From the human T2T-CHM13v2.0 reference genome, Homo sapiens, in the NCBI RefSeq assembly GCF_009914755.1, contig NC_060932.1: a stretch of 64,000 bases of DNA. One strand, 5' to 3'. The position numbers were made by a program, and so were the translations under genes. Shown here piece after piece: positions 54,801-64,000 of this stretch. The notes beneath the pieces are model-generated. The model was not told the DNA's origin, made no database searches, and worked only from the letters and a program-made list of their open reading frames with translations. Within the stretch, counting starts at the first letter, position 1, and every line of letters begins with the position of its first letter.

Positions 54801-57800
54801 GGAAACGGGATTATATATAAAAAGTAGACAGCAGCATTCTCAGAAACTTCTTTGTGATGTTTGCATCCAGCTCTCAGAGTTGAACATTCCCTTTCATAGA
54901 GTAGGTTTGAAACCCTCTTTTTATAGTGTCTGGAAGCGGGCATTTGGAGCGCTTTCAGGCCTATGCTGAAAAAGGAGATATCTACCTATAGAAACTAGAC
55001 AGAAGCATTCTGAGAATCACGTTTGTGATGTGGGTACTCAACTAACAGTGTTGATCCATTCTTTTGATACAGCAGTTTTGAACCACACTTTTTGTAGAAT
55101 CTGCAAGTGGATATTTGGATAGCTGTGAGGATTTCGTTGGAAACGGGAATGTCTTCATAGAAAATTTAGAGAGAAGCATTCTCAGAACCTTGATTGTGAT
55201 GTGTGTTCTCCACTAACAGAGTTGAACCTTTCTTTTGACAGAACTGTTCTGAAACATTCTTTTTATAGAATCTGGAAGTGGATATTTGGAAAGCTTTGAG
55301 GATTTCGTTGGAAACGGGAATATCTTCAAATAAAATCTAGCCAGAAGCATTCTAAGAAACATCTTAGGGATGTTTACATTCAAGTCACAGAGTTGAACAT
55401 TCCCTTTCACAGAGCAGGTTTGAAACAATCTTCTCGTACTATCTGGCAGTGGACATTTTGAGCTCTTTGGGGCCTATGCTGAAAAAGGAAATATCTTCCG
55501 ACAAAAACTAGACAGAAGCATTCGCAGAATCACGTTTGTGATGTGTGCACTCAACTGTCAGAATTGAACCTTGGTTTGGAGAGAGCACTTTTGAAACACT
55601 CTTTTTGTAGAATCTGCAGGTGGATATTTGGCTAGCTTTGAGGATTTCGTTGGAAACGGTAATGTCTTCAAAGAAAATCTAGACAGAAGCATTCTCAGAA
55701 ACACCTTCGTGATGTTTGCAATCAAGTCACAGAGTTGAACCTTCCGTTTCATAGAGCAGGTTGGAAACACACTTTTTGTAGTATCTGGAAGTGGACATTT
55801 GGAGGGCTTTGTAGCCTATCTGGAAAAAGGAAATATCTTCCCATGAATGCGAGATAGAAGTAATCTCAGAAACATGTTTATGCTGTATCTACTCAACTAA
55901 CTGTGCTGAACATTTCTATTGATAGAGCAGTTTTGAGACACTCTTCTTTTGGAATCTGCAAGTGGATATTTGGATAGATTTGAGGATTTCGTTGGAAACG
56001 GGATTATATATAAAAAGTAGACAGCAGCATTCTCAGAAACTTCTTTGTGATGTTTGCATCCAGCTCTCAGAGTTGAACATTCCCTTTCATAGAGTAGGTT
56101 TGAAACCCTCTTTTTATAGTGTCTGGAAGCGGGCATTTGGAGCGCTTTCAGGCCTATGCTGAAAAAGGAAATATCTACCTATAGAAACTAGACAGAAGCA
56201 TTCTGAGAATCACGTTTGTGATGTGGGTACTCAACTAACAGTGTTGATCCATTCTTTTGATACAGCAGTTTTGAACCACACTTTTTGTAGAATCTGCAAG
56301 TGGATATTTGGATAGCTGTGAGGATTTCGTTGGAAACGGGAATGTCTTCATAGAAAATTTAGACAGAAGCATTCTCAGAACCTTGATTGTGATGTGTGTT
56401 CTCCACTAACAGAGTTGAACCTTTCTTTTGACAGAACTGTTCTGAAACATTCTTTTTATAGAATCTGGAAGTGGATATTTGGAAAGCTTTGAGGATTTTG
56501 TTGGAAACGGGAATATCTTCAAATAAAATCTAGCCAGAAGCATTCTAAGAAACATCTTAGGGATGTTTACATTCAAGTCACAGAGTTGAACATTCCCTTT
56601 CACAGAGCAGGTTTGAAACAATCTTCTCGTACTATCTGGCAGTGGACATTTTGAGCTCCTTGGGGCCTATGCTGAAAAAGGAAATATCTTCCGACAAAAA
56701 CTAGACAGAAGCATTCGCAGAATCACGTTTGTGATGTGTGCACTCAACTGTCAGAATTGAACCTTGGTTTGGACAGAGCACTTTTGAAACACTCTTTTTG
56801 TAGAATCTGCAGGTGGATATTTGGCTAGCTTTGAGGATTTCGTTGGAAACGGTAATGTCTTCAAAGAAAATCTAGACAGAAGCATTCTCAGAAACACCTT
56901 CGTGATGTTTGCAATCAAGTCACAGAGTTGAACCTTCCGTTTCATAGAGCAGGTTGGAAACACTCTTTTTGTAGTATCTGGAAGTGGACATTTGGAGGGC
57001 TTTGTAGCCTATGTGGAAAAAGGAAATATCTTCCCATGAATGCGAGATAGAAGTAATCTCAGAAACATGTTTATGCTGTATCTACTCAACTAACTGTGCT
57101 GAACATTTCTATTGATAGAGCAGTTTTGAGACACTCTTCTTTTGGAATCTGCAAGTGGATATTTGGAGAGATTTGAGGATTTCGTTGGAAACGGGATTAT
57201 ATATAAAAAGTAGACAGCAGCATTCTCAGAAACTTCTTTGTGATGTTTGCATCCAGCTCTCAGAGTTGAACATTCCCTTTCATAGAGTAGGTTTGAAACC
57301 CTCTTTTTATAGTGTCTGGAAGCGGGCATTTGGAGCGCTTTCAGACCTATGCTTAAAATAGGAAATATCTACCTACAGAAACTAGACAGAAGCATTCTGA
57401 GAATCTCGTTTGTGATGTGGGTACTCAACTAACAGTGTTGATCCATTCTTTTGATACAGCAGTTTTGAACCACACTTTTTGTAGAATCTGCAAGAGGATA
57501 TTTGGATAGCTGTGAGGATTTCGTTGGAAACGGGAATGTCTTCAAAGAAAATCTAGACAGAAACATTCTCAGAAACACCTTCGTGATGTTTGCAATCAAG
57601 TCACAGAGTTGAACCTTCCGTTTCATAGAGCAGGTTGGAAACACTCTTATTGTAGTATCTGGAAGTGGACATTTGGAGCGCTTTCAGGCCTATGGTGAAA
57701 AAGGAAATATCTTCCCATAAAAACGACATAGAAGCTATCTCAGGAACTTGTTTATGATGCATCTAATCAACTAACAGTGTTGAACCTTTGTACTGACAGA

Positions 57801-60800
57801 GCACTTTGAAACACTCTTTTTTTGGAATCTGCAAGTGGATATTTGGATCGCTTTGAGGATTTCGTTGGAAACGGGATGCAATATAAAACGTACACAGCAG
57901 CATACTCAGAAAATACTTTGCCATATTTCCATTCAAGTCACAGAGTGGAACATTCCCATTCATAGAGCAGGTTGGAAACACTCTTTTTGGAGTATCTGGA
58001 AGTGGACATTTGGAGCGCTTTCTGAACTATGGTGAAAAAGGAAATATCTTCCAATGAAAACAAGACAGAAGCATTCTGAGAAACTTATTTGTGATGTGTG
58101 TCCTCAACAAACGGACTTGAACCTTTCGTTTCATGCAGTACTTCTGGAACACTCTTTTTGAAGATTCTGCATGCGGATATTTGGATAGCTTTGAGGATTT
58201 CGTTGGAAACGGGCTTACATGTAAAAATTAGACAGCAGCATTCTCAGAAACTTCTTTGTGGTGTCTGCATTCAAGTCACAGAATTGAACTTCCCCTCACA
58301 TAGAGCAGTTGTGCAGCACTCTATTTGTAGTATCTGGAAGTGGACATTTGGAGGGCTTTGTAGCCTATCTGGAAAAAGGAAATATCTTCCCATGAATGCG
58401 AGATAGAAGTAATCTCAGAAACATGTTTATGCTGTATCTACTCAACTAACTGTGCTGAACATTTCTATTGATAGAGCAGTTTTGAGACCCTCTTCTTTTG
58501 GAATCTGCAAGTGGATATTTGGATAGATTTGAGGATTTCGTTGGAAACGGGATTATATATAAAAAGTAGACAGCAGCATTCTCAGAAACTTCTTTGTGAT
58601 GTTTGCATCCAGCTCTCAGAGTTGAACATTCCCTTTCATAGAGTAGGTTTGAAACCCTCTTTTTATAGTGTCTGGAAGCGGGCATTTGGAGCGCTTTCAG
58701 GCCTATGCTGAAAAAGGAGATATCTACCTATAGAAACTAGACAGAAGCATTCTGAGAATCACGTTTGTGATGTGGGTACTCAACTAACAGTGTTGATCCA
58801 TTCTTTTGATACAGCAGTTTTGAACCACACTTTTTGTAGAATCTGCAAGTGGATATTTGGATAGCTGTGAGGATTTCGTTGGAAACGGGAATGTCTTCAT
58901 AGAAAATTTAGAGAGAAGCATTCTCAGAACCTTGATTGTGATGTGTGTTCTCCACTAACAGAGTTGAACCTTTCTTTTGACAGAACTGTTCTGAAACATT
59001 CTTTTTATAGAATCTGGAAGTGGATATTTGGAAAGCTTTGAGGATTTCGTTGGAAACGGGAATATCTTCAAATAAAATCTAGCCAGAAGCATTCTAAGAA
59101 ACATCTTAGGGATGTTTACATTCAAGTCACAGAGTTGAACATTCCCTTTCACAGAGCAGGTTTGAAACAATCTTCTCGTACTATCTGGCAGTGGACATTT
59201 TGAGCTCTTTGGGGCCTATGCTGAAAAAGGAAATATCTTCCGACAAAAACTAGACAGAAGCATTCGCAGAATCACGTTTGTGATGTGTGCACTCAACTGT
59301 CAGAATTGAACCTTGGTTTGGAGAGAGCACTTTTGAAACACTCTTTTTGTAGAATCTGCAGGTGGATATTTGGCTAGCTTTGAGGATTTCGTTGGAAACG
59401 GTAATGTCTTCAAAGAAAATCTAGACAGAAGCATTCTCAGAAACACCTTCGTGATGTTTGCAATCAAGTCACAGAGTTGAACCTTCCGTTTCATAGAGCA
59501 GGTTGGAAACACACTTTTTGTAGTATCTGGAAGTGGACATTTGGAGGGCTTTGTAGCCTATCTGGAAAAAGGAAATATCTTCCCATGAATGCGAGATAGA
59601 AGTAATCTGAGAAACATGTTTATGCTGTATCTACTCAACTAACTGTGCTGAACATTTCTATTGATAGAGCAGTTTTGAGACACTCTTCTTTTGGAATCTG
59701 CAAGTGGATATTTGGATAGATTTGAGGATTTCGTTGGAAACGGGATTATATATAAAAAGTAGACAGCAGCATTCTCAGAAACTTCTTTGTGATGTTTGCA
59801 TCCAGCTCCCAGAGTTGAACATTCCCTTTCATAGAGTAGGTTTGAAACCCTCTTTTTATAGTGTCTGGAAGCGGGCATTTGGAGCGCTTTCAGGCCTATG
59901 CTGAAAACGGAAATATCTACCTATAGAAACTAGACAGAAGCATTCTGAGAATCACGTTTGTGATGTGGGTACTCAACTAACAGTGTTGATCCATTCTTTT
60001 GATACAGCAGTTTTGAACCACACTTTTTGTAGAATCTGCAAGTGGATATTTGGATAGCTGTGAGGATTTCGTTGGAAACGGGAATGTCTTCATAGAAAAT
60101 TTAGACAGAAGCATTCTCAGAACCTTGATTGTGATGTGTGTTCTCCACTAACAGAGTTGAACCTTTCTTTTGACAGAACTGTTCTGAAACATTCTTTTTA
60201 TAGAATCTGGAAGTGGATATTTGGAAAGCTTTGAGGATTTCGTTGGAAACGGGAATATCTTCAAATCAAATCTAGCCAGAAGCATTCTAAGAAACAGCTT
60301 AGGGATGTTTACATTCAAGTCACAGAGTTGAACATTCCCTTTCACAGAGCAGGTTTGAAACAATCTTCTCGTACTATCTGGCAGTGGACATTTTGAGCTC
60401 TTTGGGGCCTATGCTGAAAAAGGAAATATCTTCCGACAAAAACTAGACAGAAGCATTCGCAGAATCACGTTTGTGATGTGTGCACTCAACTGTCAGAATT
60501 GAACCTTGGTTTGGACAGAGCACTTTTGAAACACTCTTTTTGTAGAATCTGCAGGTGGATATTTGGCTAGCTTTGAGGATTTCGTTGGAAACGGTAATGT
60601 CTTCAAAGAAAATCTAGACAGAAGCATTCTCAGAAACAACTTCGTGATGTTTGCAATCAAGTCACAGAGTTGAACCTTCCGTTTCATAGAGCAGGTTGGA
60701 AACACACTTTTTGTAGTATCTGGAAGTGGACATTTGGAGGGCTTTGTAGCCTATCTGGAAAAAGGAAATATCTTCCCATGAATGCGAGATAGAAGTAATC

Positions 60801-63800
60801 TCAGAAACATGTTTATGCTGTATCTACTCAACTAACTGTGCTGAACATTTCTATTGATAGAGCAGTTTTGAGACACTCTTCTTTTGGAATCTGCAAGTGG
60901 ATATTTGGATAGATTTGAGGATTTCGTTGGAAACGGGATTATATATAAAAAGTAGACAGCAGCATTCTCAGAAACTTCTTTGTGATGTTTGCATCCAGCT
61001 CTCAGAGTTGAACATTCCCTTTCATAGAGTAGGTTTGAAACCCTCTTTTTATAGTGTCTGGAAGCGGGCATTTGGAGCGCTTTCAGGCCTATGCTTAAAA
61101 TAGGAAATATCTACCTACAGAAACTAGACAGAAGCATTCTGAGAATCACGTTTGTGATGTGGGTACTCAACTAACAGTGTTGATCCATTCTTTTGATACA
61201 GCAGTTTTGAACCACACTTTTTGTAGAATCTGCAAGAGGATATTTGGATAGCTGTGAGGATTTCGTTGGAAACGGGAATGTCTTCAAAGAAAATCTAGAC
61301 AGAAGCATTCTCAGAAACACCTTCGTGATGTTTGCAATCAAGTCACAGAGTTGAACCTTCCGTTTCATAGAGCAGGTTGGAAACACTCTTATTGTAGTAT
61401 CTGGAAGTGGACATTTGGAGCGCTTTCAGGCCTATGGTGAAAAAGGAAATATCTTCCCATCAAAACGACATAGAAGCTATCTCAGGAACTTGTTTATGAT
61501 GCATCTAATCAACTAACAGTGTTGAACCTTTGTACTGACAGAGCACTTTGAAACACTCTTTTTTTGGAATCTGCAAGTGGATATTTGGATCGCTTTGAGG
61601 ATTTCGTTGGAAACGGGATGCAATATAAAACGTACACAGCAGCATACTCAGAAAATACTTTGCCATATTTCCATTCAAGTCACAGAGTGGAACATTCCCA
61701 TTCATAGAGCAGGTTGGAAACACTCTTTTTGGAGTATCTGGAAGTGGACATTTGGAGCGCTTTCTGAACTATGGTGAAAAAGGAAATATCTTCCAATGAA
61801 AACAAGACAGAAGCATTCTGAGAAACTTATTTGTGATGTGTGTCCTCAACAAACGGACTTGAACCTTTCGTTTCATGCAGTACTTCTGGAACACTCTTTT
61901 TGAAGATTCTGCATGCGGATATTTGGATAGCTTTGAGGATTTCGTTGGAAACGGGCTTACATGTAAAAATTAGACAGCAGCATTCTCAGAAACTTCTTTG
62001 TGGTGTCTGCATTCAAGTCACAGAATTGAACTTCCCCTCACATAGAGCAGTTGTGCAGCACTCTATTTGTAGTATCTGGAAGTGGACATTTGGAGGGCTT
62101 TGTAGCCTATCTGGAAAAAGGAAATATCTTCCCATGAATGCGAGATAGAAGTAATCTCAGAAACATGTTTATGCTGTATCTACTCAACTAACTGTGCTGA
62201 ACATTTCTATTGATAGAGCAGTTTTGAGACCCTCTTCTTTTGGAATCTGCAAGTGGATATTTGGATAGATTTGAGGATTTCGTTGGAAACGGGATTATAT
62301 ATAAAAAGTAGACAGCAGCATTCTCAGAAACTTCTTTGTGATGTTTGCATCCAGCTCTCAGAGTTGAACATTCCCTTTCATAGAGTAGGTTTGAAACCCT
62401 CTTTTTATAGTGTCTGGAAGCGGGCATTTGGAGCGCTTTCAGGCCTATGCTGAAAAAGGAGATATCTACCTATAGAAACTAGACAGAAGCATTCTGAGAA
62501 TCACGTTTGTGATGTGGGTACTCAACTAACAGTGTTGATCCATTCTTTTGATACAGCAGTTTTGAACCACACTTTTTGTAGAATCTGCAAGTGGATATTT
62601 GGATAGCTGTGAGGATTTCGTTGGAAACGGGAATGTCTTCATAGAAAATTTAGACAGAAGCATTCTCAGAACCTTGATTGTGATGTGTGTTCTCCACTAA
62701 CAGAGTTGAACCTTTCTTTTGACAGAACTGTTCTGAAACATTCTTTTTATAGAATCTGGAAGTGGATATTTGGAAAGCTTTGAGGATTTCGTTGGAAACG
62801 GGAATATCTTCAAATAAAATCTAGCCAGAAGCATTCTAAGAAACATCTTAGGGATGTTTACATTCAAGTCACAGAGTTGAACATTCCCTTTCACAGAGCA
62901 GGTTTGAAACAATCTTCTCGTACTATCTGGCAGTGGACATTTTGAGCTCTTTGGGGCCTATGCTGAAAAAGGAAATATCTTCCGACAAAAACTAGACAGA
63001 AGCATTCGCAGAATCACGTTTGTGATGTGTGCACTCAACTGTCAGAATTGAACCTTGGTTTGGAGAGAGCACTTTTGAAACACTCTTTTTGTAGAATCTG
63101 CAGGTGGATATTTGGCTAGCTTTGAGGATTTCGTTGGAAACGGTAATGTCTTCAAAGAAAATCTAGACAGAAGCATTCTCAGAAACACCTTCGTGATGTT
63201 TGCAATCAAGTCACAGAGTTGAACCTTCCGTTTCATAGAGCAGGTTGGAAACACACTTTTTGTAGTATCTGGAAGTGGACATTTGGAGGGCTTTGTAGCC
63301 TATCTGGAAAAAGGAAATATCTTCCCATGAATGCGAGATAGAAGTAATCTCAGAAACATGTTTATGCTGTATCTACTCAACTAACTGTGCTGAACATTTC
63401 TATTGATAGAGCAGTTTTGAGACACTCTTCTTTTGGAATCTGCAAGTGGATATTTGGATAGATTTGAGGATTTCGTTGGAAACGGGATTATATATAAAAA
63501 GTAGACAGCAGCATTCTCAGAAACTTCTTTGTGATGTTTGCATCTAGCTCCCAGAGTTGAACATTCCCTTTCATAGAGTAGGTTTGAAACCCTCTTTTTA
63601 TAGTGTCTGGAAGCGGGCATTTGGAGCGCTTTCAGGCCTATGCTGAAAAAGGAAATATCTACCTATAGAAACTAGACAGAAGCATTCTGAGAATCACGTT
63701 TGTGATGTGGGTACTCAACTAACAGTGTTGATCCATTCTTTTGATACAGCAGTTTTGAACCACACTTTTTGTAGAATCTGCAAGTGGATATTTGGATAGC

Positions 63801-64000
63801 TGTGAGGATTTCGTTGGAAACGGGAATGTCTTCATAGAAAATTTAGACAGAAGCATTCTCAGAACCTTGATTGTGATGTGTGTTCTCCACTAACAGAGTT
63901 GAACCTTTCTTTTGACAGAACTGTTCTGAAACATTCTTTTTATAGAATCTGGAAGTGGATATTTGGAAAGCTTTGAGGATTTCGTTGGAAACGGGAATAT
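45864..64000 (+). repeat. Domain built from 7-7-8 triplets, with no complete 11-mer
   Basis: Unit order is 7,7,8,7,7,8,8,7,7,8,7,7,8,7, then a partial unit. Confidence 0.9.

Larger units (their letters stand above)
1..64000 (+). repeat. Centromeric alpha-satellite HOR array (~171-bp monomers, SF2-type dimeric A/B organisation), single orientation, extends past both window edges
   Basis: Alphoid motifs recur every ~166-172 bp across the window: CATTCTCAGAAACTTCTTTGTGATG, GAGTTGAAC, TTTCATAGAGCAG, GAATCTGCAAGTGGATATTTGG. TTTCGTTGGAAACGGGA (CENP-B box) alternates with CTATGGTGAAAAAGGAA (pJalpha box). HOR copies are near-identical. Confidence 0.99.
1..64000 (+). other. D8Z2: Probable identity: human chromosome 8 live array D8Z2 (S2C8H1L)
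   Basis: A 1868-bp 11-mer co-occurs with 7-mer and 8-mer variants, matching my recollection of the D8Z2 HOR set (4/7/8/11-mers). D13Z1/D21Z1 (also SF2 11-mers) is the main alternative. Not verified by alignment. Confidence 0.82.

Noticed and set aside
45864-63380. A clean 8840-bp tandem duplication (7,7,8,7,7,8 repeated)
   Set aside because: Unit order matches, but units 55897 and 57090 carry different haplotypes from 47057 and 48250. Only part of the block (about 50799 versus 59639) shares rare alleles.
329-63620. About 200 short ORFs (64-102 aa) on both strands, including the recurrent 102-aa MSSTNGLEPF... ORF
   Set aside because: They are translations of alpha-satellite monomers repeating with HOR periodicity. 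Most begin at GTG/TTG-type starts, overlap on opposite strands and show no recognisable domain. I used them only as phase and SNP markers.
240-64000. CRISPR-like appearance of the regularly spaced, near-invariant GAGGATTTCGTTGGAAACGGG motif
   Set aside because: The intervening sequences are ~150-320 bp long and are themselves homologous repeats rather than unique spacers. There are no cas genes, and the motif is the CENP-B box.
1-64000. Embedded transposon (Alu/L1), inversion, or non-satellite insertion
   Set aside because: The 45 unit lengths (1193, 1356 or 1868 bp, with only one +1 and one -1) account exactly for 1688-63380, leaving no room for an insertion. All boxes I read are on the + strand.
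1-64000. Assignment to D13Z1/D21Z1 (also SF2 11-mers)
   Set aside because: Disfavoured because the 1868-bp unit with abundant 8-mers fits my recollection of D8Z2 better. It is not formally excluded without alignment to HOR consensus sequences.

Overview
The whole 64 kb window is one uninterrupted, single-orientation human-type alpha-satellite higher-order repeat (HOR) array. It is built from ~171-bp monomers of the dimeric A/B kind, in which CENP-B-box monomers alternate with pJalpha-box monomers, consistent with suprachromosomal family 2. The parent HOR is an 11-mer of 1868 bp. It is interspersed with two deletion variants, an 8-mer (1356 bp) and a 7-mer (1193 bp). This size set best matches the chromosome 8 live centromeric array D8Z2 (S2C8H1L); that assignment is from recall, not alignment. 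Using the recurring 79-aa ORF as a phase anchor, the 45 complete units between 1688 and 63380 run 8,7,11,7,11,11,8,7,8,7,7,8,7,7,8,8,8,8,7,11,8,7,11,11,7,7,8,8,7,11,11,7,7,8,7,7,8,8,7,7,8,7,7,8,7. That is 21 7-mers, 16 8-mers and 8 11-mers, and their lengths sum exactly to 61,693 bp. I saw no genes, RNA genes, transposon insertions or inversions, and all listed ORFs are by-products of the repeat. I found no new biological system. The interesting content is the array's internal organisation: an SNP-phased 8-7-7 super-repeat (3742 bp), nested duplications (3061-bp and 10,026-bp offsets), precisely mappable deletion junctions, recombinant HORs, complete absence of the double-deletion 4-mer, and gain or loss of CENP-B boxes. 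My monomer labels in the first HOR are b=122, c=293, d=464, e=635, f=806, g=977, h=1143, i=1314, j=1481, k=1652, a=1819.
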